A DNA stretch of 64,000 nt from positions 64,001 through 128,000 of the IMG/VR virus record IMGVR_UViG_3300046787_000316; one strand, written 5' to 3'. Numbering within the stretch: the stretch's first letter is position 1; the number at the start of each line of letters is the position of its first letter. This DNA comes from a virus. Shown here piece by piece: positions 48,736 to 58,373 of the stretch. The position numbers were made by a program, and so were the translations under genes. The notes under the pieces are model-generated. The model worked only from the letters and a program-made list of their open reading frames with translations. It searched no databases and was not told where the DNA came from.

Positions 48736-49173
48736 TTAATTATTTACATTTATTTGAACTGATTCTGATAAATTTGGGTTAGATGTGAGTGCAAACTTAA
48801 TATCCAACGCAATTCTATTATTATCAATATCGTTATCATCGTAATCAAATACAATTTCTGTTACAGTTAAATATGGTAGCCATTTAGATACGGCATCCAA
48901 TATAACCGATTCCACAACTGTTTCAATTGTATCAGCGGGCATCGGTTCGAATAACACTTTCCAAATATCACAACCAAATTCAGGTTGCATCAATCTTTCA
49001 CCTTTTTGGGTTAATATAAGATTTCGTAAATTATGTTTAGCTTGAGTAAGTGTTGTATAATTTACGGCAAAGATACCACCTGCATTAGAAACTTCATTGA
49101 TTCCAATACCTAATATCTTATAATTATTTTCCGTTAAATCGGTTACTTTAACTTTACCAAGCTCTATTGCCAT
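48736..49173 (-). CDS. Baseplate wedge gp25-like (sheath initiation) protein
   Basis: NLRNLILTQKGERLMQPEFGCDI...LFEP. Confidence 0.9.
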   Translation of the reverse strand: MAIELGKVKVTDLTENNYKILGIGINEVSNAGGIFAVNYTTLTQAKHNLRNLILTQKGERLMQPEFGCDIWKVLFEPMPADTIETVVESVILDAVSKWLPYLTVTEIVFDYDDNDIDNNRIALDIKFALTSNPNLSESVQINVNN

Positions 49174-49703
49174 TATCTACGTCTTTTACCTTGTTCTTGT
49201 TCTGCAAAAACTTTTGTTAATGCGCTATAATCTCTAGTCAATGCTTTCATTGTTGCATCTTGCAATGCATCTCCGGTTGATTGTATTTGTTGTGGCATTG
49301 ATTGTGGAATATCTAAACTTCTAAAATCCATAGTTTCCCACTCATCATCCACACTCACATTTGGTTGTAACATATCCAATACACTTCCTCCCATAGTACC
49401 ACCTTCTGCCCTTTGTTCAGCTGAAAATGGTTGAGTCATATTTAAAATCTCATTAATCATAGGGTCTTTTGTGAATTCCTTTGTCTGTTGAGGTCTTTGT
49501 TGTTGTGCAATTGGTTGCTTTCTAATTTGTGGTTGCGAAGCTACTTCAGTCATTTCTCTCAATGACGGAGTTGTTGTTTTCTTTTGTGAGTTCAATGTAA
49601 CCGCACCAGATTTGATAAGTTTAGCTAACTCTTCTTTGACTTGTTGCTTAACTTCATTTTTTACCACTTCTTTAATAAGTGTTACTAAAATTTCTGATTT
49701 CAT
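49173..49703 (-). CDS. Hypothetical protein
   Basis: 176-aa ORF; C-terminal ALTRDYSALTK. Confidence 0.7.
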   Translation of the reverse strand: MKSEILVTLIKEVVKNEVKQQVKEELAKLIKSGAVTLNSQKKTTTPSLREMTEVASQPQIRKQPIAQQQRPQQTKEFTKDPMINEILNMTQPFSAEQRAEGGTMGGSVLDMLQPNVSVDDEWETMDFRSLDIPQSMPQQIQSTGDALQDATMKALTRDYSALTKVFAEQEQGKRRR

Positions 49704-49727
49704 AATAAAAAAATATTCTGTTTGTTA

Positions 49728-49735
49728 ATAAATAT
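49728..49735 (-). promoter_or_regulatory. Putative late-promoter motif ATATTTAT
   Basis: 24 nt upstream of the 49703 start, heading the baseplate operon. Confidence 0.5.
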
Positions 49736-49748
49736 AAAAAGATTAAAT

Positions 49749-50297
49749 TTAATCTGGAACTTGATAGCCATTCCACTTAACTATACCCGGAGCAGGTGGA
49801 GCAGGTGATGGATATTGTGCAATAACGGTGTAAATACCCGATACAGTCATCAAATGTAATTTTGCCGAATTAATAAATGCGTTTAAAAATTGTTCCGGAT
49901 TATTATTTGGTGGAACTTTTACAGGTGTCCAATTACCCGGACTTAACACCAATCCAGCAGTAGTAACTATATTTTTTATAGAACCTGGTGCAGGTATTTT
50001 TGGTGGTGGGACGGGTGACATCTTACCTCCTAACCAATATATTATGATAGCAGGTCCAACTACCTCTAAAAAAGTCAATACTTTAGCTTTTTGAGTTTGT
50101 TCCAAAAATTGTATAATAGATTCTTGCATTAATATGGGATTACCTTTTATTAATGGTACACCATTCAATGGGTCTTTGCCTGATTTAACAGCCGTATCGT
50201 ATGCTAATGTAAATGCTTTGGCAAAATCACTAATAGTTCTATATGAGTTATTTTGCATCTGCGGTAGCAATGTAGATTTAAAAGTTCCCCAAGACAT
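49749..50297 (-). CDS. Hypothetical Pro-rich protein next to the spike gene
   Basis: 182-aa ORF, PVPPPKIPAPG and PSPAPPAPG. Confidence 0.6.
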   Translation of the reverse strand: MSWGTFKSTLLPQMQNNSYRTISDFAKAFTLAYDTAVKSGKDPLNGVPLIKGNPILMQESIIQFLEQTQKAKVLTFLEVVGPAIIIYWLGGKMSPVPPPKIPAPGSIKNIVTTAGLVLSPGNWTPVKVPPNNNPEQFLNAFINSAKLHLMTVSGIYTVIAQYPSPAPPAPGIVKWNGYQVPD

Positions 50298-50298
50298 A

Positions 50299-51504
50299 TT
50301 ATTTACTTAAAAAGTTTTTAGCAGATTGTATGGTTTTCAATTTACTCTTAATAGATGCAAATTGAGAAGCGTTGGTCGGTCCCGTTTTTGATGGGCCGGC
50401 CGGTGTTAGATATACCTGTTTTGTGATTGCATCTATTAATTCTTCCATTATTTTAACCAATTCACCACCCAATACCATTTTTTGTACATCTGCTCCAGCT
50501 GCTCCCTCTCCTTTATTTTTTCCTAAATATATCTTACCATTATCGGAATTAAGAAATATTTGATTAGCACCTTTGGAATGCAATGTTACATTTTTATTGG
50601 TATGTAAGTAGATATCTTTTTCAGCATCTACCGAAAAATTACCATCCGTTATAACACCGGTATTACCTTTACCAAATATGATAAATTCACTTGCTTTTGC
50701 TGAAAATACGATTCTATCGGAATTTACGAACAATTGGTCACCCTTTAATTTATCCGAAGCTGGAAAATCTTTGAATCCAATCTTTTCTTTTTTAATGGTT
50801 TCCTTAAATGGTATTTTAACCTTATTAGATGTAATGTATATAGATGAACCATCCTTATTAATATCCTCTTCAATCAATTCTCCAATTGGTTTAGAATCTA
50901 ACTCTGGATTTTGCTTATTACGGATGAAAATAGATGGAGATGATGTCTTACCATCTTCCGTTAAAAAGAACTCACTAAGACGAAGTGTGTTACCAACTCT
51001 ACCACTTATAATGGTATCTCCCTCACTTGGTTTTAAAAACTTTATCTTCTCCTTTACTTCATACTTCTTTTCAGTAGATTTAGTTTGAGTTGGAGTTTGA
51101 TTTGGCGCACCAGCTTTAGCTTCCGCATAATCTTTATTCTTACCATCTCCTTTTGAAGCGGGTATATCCTTCTCTTTGGAAACTTCGGAAGTTTTATAAT
51201 CTTCTCTATAATTTGGATATTGATTAACAGAATATGGTAACCAATACATATTATTACCTATTTCGATAATCAATACCGTTTCACCCAATATAGGATAAGT
51301 AATATTGTTTTTATCAAATGGAAACGCATATCCTTCTTTATCGATAGCTGATTCTCTTTTAAACTCAACTGCCCCTAAAAAACGAATATCATTCGCATCG
51401 AATGATTCATTACCATTGTATTTCTTTACAAAATCCGTATCTTTATTTAATGGTTTATCTGATTTTAGATAAACTTTAGAAACGGATGCTAAGTATGCCT
51501 CCAT
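50299..51504 (-). CDS. Baseplate hub/central spike (gp5/VgrG-like)
   Basis: OB-fold-like YPILGETVLII; EGDTIISGRVGNTLRL; beta-helix-like repeats; C-terminal TPAGPS. Confidence 0.65.
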   Translation of the reverse strand: MEAYLASVSKVYLKSDKPLNKDTDFVKKYNGNESFDANDIRFLGAVEFKRESAIDKEGYAFPFDKNNITYPILGETVLIIEIGNNMYWLPYSVNQYPNYREDYKTSEVSKEKDIPASKGDGKNKDYAEAKAGAPNQTPTQTKSTEKKYEVKEKIKFLKPSEGDTIISGRVGNTLRLSEFFLTEDGKTSSPSIFIRNKQNPELDSKPIGELIEEDINKDGSSIYITSNKVKIPFKETIKKEKIGFKDFPASDKLKGDQLFVNSDRIVFSAKASEFIIFGKGNTGVITDGNFSVDAEKDIYLHTNKNVTLHSKGANQIFLNSDNGKIYLGKNKGEGAAGADVQKMVLGGELVKIMEELIDAITKQVYLTPAGPSKTGPTNASQFASIKSKLKTIQSAKNFLSK

Positions 51505-51908
51505 TATAGTTTAGTTTTTATATCATCAATTTCAACTTGAATATCTAATAACTTTTCATCTGCTTTTTTCTCAATCTCATCGATTGTTTCTTCCAAATCC
51601 GTTAATAACTGAGCTTTCTCATGCTCACTTAACCAACCATCCTCACCAATTCCCTTAGCTTCTGCGGCTGCTAATCGTTGTGCAATTGTTGCAAGTTTAA
51701 TCAAATGGTCATCATTCTTAATTGATGTATCTATTAAATCTCTAATGATAGGTGCAAGGACTGTTGCCTCACCTACGTTACGAATTAATTTACGAAGCGA
51801 TTCAATCATTTCCGAAATGTTTTTCTTTTTTGATTGCTGATTATCGTAAATATCTTTAAATAATGATGATAAGTTTTTACCATCAAATAACTGAAATTCT
51901 GTTGCCAT
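51504..51908 (-). CDS. Helical hypothetical protein
   Basis: 134-aa ORF, translationally coupled to the spike gene. Confidence 0.7.
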   Translation of the reverse strand: MATEFQLFDGKNLSSLFKDIYDNQQSKKKNISEMIESLRKLIRNVGEATVLAPIIRDLIDTSIKNDDHLIKLATIAQRLAAAEAKGIGEDGWLSEHEKAQLLTDLEETIDEIEKKADEKLLDIQVEIDDIKTKL

Positions 51909-51909
51909 A

Positions 51910-52686
51910 TTATATTATGTTCTTCTTTACTATATAATTATAAAGTTCTTCACTTATTAGTTTATATCCTTCTTTATTTGGATGTTGAGTTGCCCTCGTC
52001 TTAAATGTTGCGTCTTGATGTTCCCATATATCCAACCGTTTGGTTTTATTTAAAAAATCTCTAAACGTTTCTTTATCAAATCCCCAATATGTTGATTTAT
52101 TTATCGTATGTCTAACATCATCTTTTTTATGCAAATCAATCAGCATAGATTCTATACCATCACACATAACATATTTTATACCATAATAATTAAATAGTTG
52201 TTGTAAAAATGTTATATAGTTCTGATTAACAATGTTGTAATAATTTTGATTAAATAATTCAGCAATAAAGAAGTTCTTATAATTTATAAGAAAATCATTA
52301 TAATCTTCATTATTACTTCTAAATGAATTTACAAATTTCTCTGGAGTTTCTATTAAGTGTTTAACAGACCAACTAACCCACTCACCTTTTGGTAAAAATG
52401 GAACGTAATCCCTCAAAGATGAACTCCACATTATAACAACCAAATCACCTGTTCTAATTCTACCATCTTGTACATCTGTAACAGTCTGATTGAATATCTT
52501 ATTATTGGCATTTCCACTAACACCATTGTTGTGTAATGAAATACCTAATTTATTAGATAATTGAGTTGGCCATGATAATGAGTTTCTAAATAATCTCTTA
52601 TCATCTCTATCGGTTAATGTACTTTCAACTGAAATATCAGCGCCTTCTCCTTCTGTCCAACTACATCCGTATGTGTGTAATATCAT
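51910..52686 (-). CDS. SGNH/GDSL-like protein
   Basis: YGCSWTEGEG, GVSGNAN, VIMWSS, QHPNKEGYKLI. Confidence 0.75.
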   Translation of the reverse strand: MILHTYGCSWTEGEGADISVESTLTDRDDKRLFRNSLSWPTQLSNKLGISLHNNGVSGNANNKIFNQTVTDVQDGRIRTGDLVVIMWSSSLRDYVPFLPKGEWVSWSVKHLIETPEKFVNSFRSNNEDYNDFLINYKNFFIAELFNQNYYNIVNQNYITFLQQLFNYYGIKYVMCDGIESMLIDLHKKDDVRHTINKSTYWGFDKETFRDFLNKTKRLDIWEHQDATFKTRATQHPNKEGYKLISEELYNYIVKKNII

Positions 52687-54377
52687 AACTTACTTATTAA
52701 ATAATTTCCCATAACTAAATAATCCATATCACAATTAAGGAATGTATCAATTGCTGTTTGTGGGTCGTTTACCATTGTTTGTCCTCTCAAATTAAATGAA
52801 GTGTTTAAAAGTATAGGAGTACCGGATACTCTTTTGAATTCTTTTAATAATTGATAGTATAATGGATTAGATTCTCTTTTTACTGTTTGTATTCTAGCAG
52901 AACGGTCAACATGAGTTACGGATGGTATTGATTTATAATCTGTAACTTTCACAACCTGATTCATATAAGGAACATCTTCTTCTGAATTAAAATATTTCTT
53001 ATATTCTCTATGAGTTACCGATGGAGCAAATGGTCTAAACATTTCTCTCTTTTTGACAACTCTATTGATTCTATCTCTAATATCCGATAAATGTGGGTTT
53101 CCCAAAATAGAACGATTCCCCAATGCTCTTGCACCAAATTCTGTTCTACCTTGAAACCATCCTATAATATTACCATCATTAATAAGTTGTGCCGTTTTTT
53201 GTAATAACTCTTTAGTTTTAAGTTTAGTACCTGTCACACTTAAATTTAATTCTATTATTTGAGATAAAGATTCGTTGTCCCATTCTGGACCTAAATATGG
53301 TGAAGTATTATCACCACCTTTTACTTTTTGATGACCCAATATATCATGCCATTGATATAAACAAGCCCCGATTGCAGAACCGGCATCCGATGGAGCAAAT
53401 GGTATCCAAACATTATGAACTCCGCAATGTTTTTTAATTTTACCATTAGCAGTTCCATTATAAGCAGAACCACCACCCAACACTAAATTGGAACTTTTAG
53501 AATGACTCATTGAATTGTTGATAATATAATATAAACAACCTTCATACCATTTTTGCAACGCTGCTGCCAAATCTTTATGATGTTGTTCGATATCACTATC
53601 AGCTTCTCTTGGTTCGAATCCAATTAAATCTACTAAATCCATAGTAAACATATCTTTATTAGAATATTGCCAAGTGAAATATTTCTGATTTATAGAAATC
53701 AATGAATCAGTACCAAATGATGTTATTTTATTGAATATATCATAAAACCTATCGGATTCACCATACGGAGCTAATCCCATTACTTTATATTCACCACTAT
53801 TTGGTTTAAATCCCAAATAAGCAGTAATAGATGAGTAAACTAACCCCAATGAGTTAGGAAATTTTATAGATTTTACTTCATTTATACCATTTATGGTACA
53901 TTCTGCGATTGAAACGCTATCCCACTCACCAACGCCATCAATTGAAATACCAACGGCATCATCAAATGGTGATGTATAAAATGATAACGCTAAATGCGAT
54001 AAATGGTGCTTTGTAGTGGTAATTTCACCATTAAACCCCAATTTATCGTTAATATATCGTTTTAAACTACCTTCTGTTGATTTAAAATCTCGTTTAAACC
54101 TATTCCAAGTTCTAAAGTTGCGAATCCAACGTTTTCCTAATGTTTTACTAACTCTATCGTATTTTAATGCCGGTTCTTCGTACCAACAAATCATATCGAT
54201 ATCATTAATTGTAATGTTTGCGTAATCCAAACACATTTGAATTGCCTGTAACGGAAAAGAGTTGTCATGCTTAATGCCTGACAACTTCTCTTCTTCTATT
54301 GCTACAATTACTTTTCCATCTACTACCAAAGCTGCTGCCGAATCGTGGTAGAATGCTGATAATCCTAATTGAATCAT
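52683..54377 (-). CDS. O-carbamoyltransferase (NodU/CmcH/TobZ family)
   Basis: AFYHDSAAAL, HHLSH, DGVGE, EYKVMGLAPYG, GRTEFGARALGNRSIL, LLNTSFN. Confidence 0.95.
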   Translation of the reverse strand: MIQLGLSAFYHDSAAALVVDGKVIVAIEEEKLSGIKHDNSFPLQAIQMCLDYANITINDIDMICWYEEPALKYDRVSKTLGKRWIRNFRTWNRFKRDFKSTEGSLKRYINDKLGFNGEITTTKHHLSHLALSFYTSPFDDAVGISIDGVGEWDSVSIAECTINGINEVKSIKFPNSLGLVYSSITAYLGFKPNSGEYKVMGLAPYGESDRFYDIFNKITSFGTDSLISINQKYFTWQYSNKDMFTMDLVDLIGFEPREADSDIEQHHKDLAAALQKWYEGCLYYIINNSMSHSKSSNLVLGGGSAYNGTANGKIKKHCGVHNVWIPFAPSDAGSAIGACLYQWHDILGHQKVKGGDNTSPYLGPEWDNESLSQIIELNLSVTGTKLKTKELLQKTAQLINDGNIIGWFQGRTEFGARALGNRSILGNPHLSDIRDRINRVVKKREMFRPFAPSVTHREYKKYFNSEEDVPYMNQVVKVTDYKSIPSVTHVDRSARIQTVKRESNPLYYQLLKEFKRVSGTPILLNTSFNLRGQTMVNDPQTAIDTFLNCDMDYLVMGNYLISKL

Positions 54378-54380
54378 AAT

Positions 54381-55097
54381 TTAGATATTTATATCACCCG
54401 TATCCATAAATTGATTATACAATTCCATTTGCTTTTCTCTCATTTTAGTAACAACCTTTGTTATATAATGAGTTGGGTGACCTGTCATTTCTCTTATAAG
54501 TAGATACAAACTCTTTTTATTGAAAGATTCAATATAGTCTGCTCTTCGAAATAACTCTAAGATAGCATCTGCGATTTGCATATCTCTTTTCTTTGGGAAA
54601 TAGTTTTCTAAATGCTCATCCCAATATGCCAACATTCTTTTATTAAAAGTACGATATTCATCGTTAATACTTTCTTCTTTCCAATTATTTTCGGTATCGA
54701 ATGATGGTGGTAACGATGACATTATATCCGTTTCCTTATATCTTTTGTAATTTGCATTGTTTGTAAGGATAAGATAGTTCCTTGCAACGATTGTAAAATA
54801 ACTAAATGCTTTACCTTTACCGGCTTTATACATGTGTATCTTTTCAATCATAAATGCAACAACCTCGCACATTACATCTTGCGGTTCATCATCGAAATAA
54901 CTAAATTTCCATTTGTTATAAACGATTTCCGCTAATTTATCGAATGCCGGCTTGATTCTATCTCTATAAACTCTATCTTTGATACGTTGGTCGTTTGTTG
55001 AGTTATACTCAATGATTGCATCTTCTGTATCTTTTGTGAAATATTGTTTATTTCTTGGCTTTCTAGTTACTTTGGTTGAACTCTTTGTATTTTTCAA
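54381..55097 (-). CDS. Phage sigma factor, gp55-like (late transcription)
   Basis: YFTKDTEDAIIEY...FDKLAE...EVVAFMIEKIHMYKAGKGKAFSYFTIVARNYLI, resembling sigma region 2. Confidence 0.7.
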   Translation of the reverse strand: MKNTKSSTKVTRKPRNKQYFTKDTEDAIIEYNSTNDQRIKDRVYRDRIKPAFDKLAEIVYNKWKFSYFDDEPQDVMCEVVAFMIEKIHMYKAGKGKAFSYFTIVARNYLILTNNANYKRYKETDIMSSLPPSFDTENNWKEESINDEYRTFNKRMLAYWDEHLENYFPKKRDMQIADAILELFRRADYIESFNKKSLYLLIREMTGHPTHYITKVVTKMREKQMELYNQFMDTGDINI

Positions 55098-55314
55098 TTG
55101 TTTCTTTTATTTGGTAAAAAATTGAACCTACTTCATCATCCTTCTCAAACATTTCACGAGAATCAATTTCTCTCAATGCCTCCAGTAACGCTTGGTTTCG
55201 TATTGTTTCTTTTTCTATAAATTCTTCATACGTTTCTAATTTTTGTAGAAGATTATACGTTGTGTAGCCTAATCCTATCGATAAAACTACCAATAATAAT
55301 ATAATGTATTCCAT
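55063..55314 (-). CDS. Small membrane-anchored protein
   Basis: N-terminal hydrophobic YIILLLVVLSIGLGY followed by a charged helix. Confidence 0.65.
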   Translation of the reverse strand: MEYIILLLVVLSIGLGYTTYNLLQKLETYEEFIEKETIRNQALLEALREIDSREMFEKDDEVGSIFYQIKETIEKYKEFNQSN

Positions 55315-55316
55315 AA

Positions 55317-55958
55317 TTAAACTACTTCATATCCTTTTAAAAATAAATCATTAGCTTTCTTATACTTCACTTCAATCAATTCACCGGTTGGAGATTTCAT
55401 AACAACTTTATCATTTCTTCCTGGTAATTCATTTGTAGTACGAGTTGTATTATACACTCTATCTTTGATAGTAATACCATCTAAGTGGTCAATTTCATGC
55501 TGAACTACAACAGTCATCATCGTTTCAACCGATACTTGTCCTTTATCTCCTTCTGGATTAATTTCAAATACCATTTCACCCATATTATCTGATTGAACTA
55601 CAATTTTACAAGCACGAATCGTTCTTAATGGTTTTTCAATAGTCTTTGGAAGAGATAAACATCCTTCGTAAAAAATAAACCCTTCTTTGGAACGGTCTGT
55701 AATAACTGGATTAACTAAGAATAATTCTCTACCATTCTCATCATCTCCAAATTTAATATAACATGCTCTTTTCTTAATTCCTAATTGAGTAGCTGATATA
55801 CCTAAACCCGGATACTTCTTAAACCCTTCCTCTAATTGAGAACGTAACTCATCTGCTTCAGCTGTACTGATTTCAGATTTTGGGACTGGTGTTTTTAGGT
55901 ATTCTACGAATTCAGGCGAAGTTAACCCATTCGAACCTTTTTCTAATATTAATTTCAT
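55317..55958 (-). CDS. def: Peptide deformylase
   Basis: GLGISATQLG, EGCLS, QHEIDHLDG. Confidence 0.93.
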   Translation of the reverse strand: MKLILEKGSNGLTSPEFVEYLKTPVPKSEISTAEADELRSQLEEGFKKYPGLGISATQLGIKKRACYIKFGDDENGRELFLVNPVITDRSKEGFIFYEGCLSLPKTIEKPLRTIRACKIVVQSDNMGEMVFEINPEGDKGQVSVETMMTVVVQHEIDHLDGITIKDRVYNTTRTTNELPGRNDKVVMKSPTGELIEVKYKKANDLFLKGYEVV

Positions 55959-55981
55959 TGTTTGGTTTTTATAAATTTTAC

Positions 55982-56013
55982 TAAATATATGAAAAATAAT
56001 TCAAATTACCAAA
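55982..56013 (-). promoter_or_regulatory. Bacteroidota sigma70-type promoter
   Basis: TTTG-N20-TATATTTA upstream of def. Confidence 0.7.
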
Positions 56014-56024
56014 TAATTACCAAA

Positions 56025-56918
56025 TTATAATTTAATAAATGGTAATATTGCTAATTCTTTTGCTTTTGCCTCAACCATAATATCTACATCTAATCCGTAT
56101 GTATTAGGGATTGAGTTGATGTAATCGGAGTGAGCTTGTGGTTTAAGTTTATCATTACCTTCGTGCAATACTTTACTTTCGGAATAATGAACAACTGGTA
56201 TAATATCTTTTGGCCAAGTTGTAGCTGCCAATTTAAGTGCAGCTTCTTCGGATAAATCGCCTGTACAAAATGTATGATGATGATAATCAAATACAATCGG
56301 TATTTTGATTGCGTCGTGGATATACATTAAATCTCTAACAGAATACATAGATGCTTTATCATCATTCTCAATTGTTAAGCGATTTTGAACCGATTTGGAG
56401 AGTCTTTGGAAGTTTTTGATGAATCTATCCATTGCAGATATTTTATCTCCGTAGACACCATTACAATGGATATTAATCTTATTATACGGAGTTTGTGATA
56501 ACCCCATCATATCAAAAACCTTACCATGTAATTCTAAATCAGCAATTGTAGCCAAAACTACTTTCTCATTAGGAGAAACTAATACATTAAATGGACCTGG
56601 ATGAGATGTAATACGAATATTATGGAGTTTGGCGTAATCGCCTGCTTTCTTTAATTCATCTTTGATTTGAGTATAATCTTTGAGTTGAGTTAAATCTAAG
56701 TTATCACCCCACGGGATAAGAGCAGAAGATAAACGGAAAAATGTAATTCCGTTTAATCTATTCCACTCTAAAATTTTTATAATATCTTTTGCATTGAGTA
56801 ATGCAAGTTCTGAAACATAATCTAAACCTTTCTCATTAAAGGTTTTTTTAACCATAGTTCGGTTAGTGGTAACTTTCTTACCCAATGACATGTTAATACA
56901 AGCGTATCCTAATTTCAT
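56025..56918 (-). CDS. uvsE: UV damage endonuclease (UvsE/UVDE)
   Basis: LGYACIN, FRLSS, SHPGPF, IENDD, FDYHHH, AHSDYI, MVEAKAKE. Confidence 0.93.
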   Translation of the reverse strand: MKLGYACINMSLGKKVTTNRTMVKKTFNEKGLDYVSELALLNAKDIIKILEWNRLNGITFFRLSSALIPWGDNLDLTQLKDYTQIKDELKKAGDYAKLHNIRITSHPGPFNVLVSPNEKVVLATIADLELHGKVFDMMGLSQTPYNKINIHCNGVYGDKISAMDRFIKNFQRLSKSVQNRLTIENDDKASMYSVRDLMYIHDAIKIPIVFDYHHHTFCTGDLSEEAALKLAATTWPKDIIPVVHYSESKVLHEGNDKLKPQAHSDYINSIPNTYGLDVDIMVEAKAKELAILPFIKL

Positions 56919-56944
56919 AATTTAAAGTTTAAATTTTATAATAA

Positions 56945-56976
56945 CAAATATAAACAAAAATTATGAGAATGCCAAA
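56945..56976 (-). promoter_or_regulatory. Bacteroidota sigma70-type promoter
   Basis: TTTG-N20-TATATTTG upstream of uvsE. Confidence 0.8.
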
Positions 56977-56980
56977 TATT

Positions 56981-58102
56981 TTAGTAAGTTTTTACGTTTT
57001 CCTCTTCTGTTCGAAGTCTTGATAAATCTCTAATAGTTCCACCCTTAGTTGCTAACCAATAATTAACTGCTTTTGGATTGTTTATCCACAATTTACGATT
57101 ATTCCAAGGAAATTCGGGATGCATATACTCTTCCCATTGTAAATTTAAAGGAATTTCATCCAATTTCACATTTTCTGAAACATCTTCCGTAATTTCATCA
57201 TCTGTGAAAGTATTTTCCACTAAAATAGGAGTTTCTTCTTCAATTGGTAAATCTTTTCCACTAAAATCTTCATTTTGTAAATTATTTTCCACTAACTCAT
57301 CGCCGTATATCTCATATAATCCCAATTTTTCATCATCTTCCATCATCTTACTCAAAATCTTCCTTCTCTTTTCCGATTGAGGTTCAATTAATCCATTAAA
57401 TGCGATGATTAGAGCTACTGCAAGTGGGTCAAACACAATTACGATGATAAAAATGAAGAATTTTACAACATTTTTCAATTCCACACCAAATGCTTCTGCT
57501 ACAAATCGGAATCCACCAACTTCTTTTTCTAAATCTAAATTGGAAATTTTAATTTGATTGATTTTTTCAGTTTCGGAAGCATTTTCAGCTTGTAAATTAG
57601 AAATTTTATCGTTTAATTTGGAAATTTCTTTATCTCTATTATCAATTGAACGTAATAATCTTCTATTAACCTTACCTCCATCGATAATTTTACCTTGATT
57701 AGCGTTAAATTCCGTAATTTGAGTAGAAAGTTGAGTAATTTGAGCCGTATTTTGGTCAATTTTGGTTTGATGAACCATTACTTCCCTATCTACTTGTTGT
57801 AATTTAAGAGATTGTGCTTGAAAAGCATTTGAAAGATATCCAAAAATACCGGCGGAAGTGATTAACATAAGAATTCCTACTGAAATAGTAAGATACCATT
57901 TATTAAATCCTTCTAATACATCCCACTTTTGCTTCAAATAAGTAGCAGCAACTAACTTAGCAAACTCAAGAGAGCCAGCCATAACCATTACGGATATAGA
58001 TGCTCCTGCAAAAAGAACACCTAAACCCGTTACGGAGAAATATGCGGCACATCCGGCAATAATTAGCGCAGATAAACCGACTAAATATTTAAGCCAATTC
58101 AT
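56981..58102 (-). CDS. Membrane protein with periplasmic/cytoplasmic coiled coil
   Basis: Three N-terminal TM segments, heptad region, VIVFDPLAVALIIA TM, acidic tail. Confidence 0.7.
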   Translation of the reverse strand: MNWLKYLVGLSALIIAGCAAYFSVTGLGVLFAGASISVMVMAGSLEFAKLVAATYLKQKWDVLEGFNKWYLTISVGILMLITSAGIFGYLSNAFQAQSLKLQQVDREVMVHQTKIDQNTAQITQLSTQITEFNANQGKIIDGGKVNRRLLRSIDNRDKEISKLNDKISNLQAENASETEKINQIKISNLDLEKEVGGFRFVAEAFGVELKNVVKFFIFIIVIVFDPLAVALIIAFNGLIEPQSEKRRKILSKMMEDDEKLGLYEIYGDELVENNLQNEDFSGKDLPIEEETPILVENTFTDDEITEDVSENVKLDEIPLNLQWEEYMHPEFPWNNRKLWINNPKAVNYWLATKGGTIRDLSRLRTEEENVKTY

Positions 58103-58103
58103 A

Positions 58104-58283
58104 TTAATCTCTTTCGATACTGATTAACTCACCGATACGTTCAACTACCTTTTTAGTTTCTGCAATAATTTGAACTGTTTCTTGGTTATTCATCTGAATT
58201 GCTCCAGTTGCAATCCCTTCAATGATTCTCAATTTACCATTCAGAACCTCTACTAAACCTTGTACTTTTTCTTTGTATATCAT
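58104..58283 (-). CDS. Hypothetical 59-aa protein
   Basis: MIYKEKVQGLVEVLNGKL...; start placed at 58283 because the promoter at 58339-58370 lies just upstream of the longer 58334 start. Confidence 0.6.
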   Translation of the reverse strand: MIYKEKVQGLVEVLNGKLRIIEGIATGAIQMNNQETVQIIAETKKVVERIGELISIERD

Positions 58284-58338
58284 AACAATATATATTTTAT
58301 TAATAAAAAATGGGTAAAAGCACTTTGCCTTCACCCAT

Positions 58339-58370
58339 TAAAGATACGATTAAAAAATGAATTTTCCTAA
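58339..58370 (-). promoter_or_regulatory. Bacteroidota sigma70-type promoter (one mismatch at -33)
   Basis: TTAG-N20-TATCTTTA. Confidence 0.55.
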
Positions 58371-58373
58371 TTA

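Noticed and set aside
58284-58334. Longer start for the 58104 gene
   Set aside because: The extension directly abuts the promoter and reads like AT-rich leader sequence; the ATG at 58283 has a typical context
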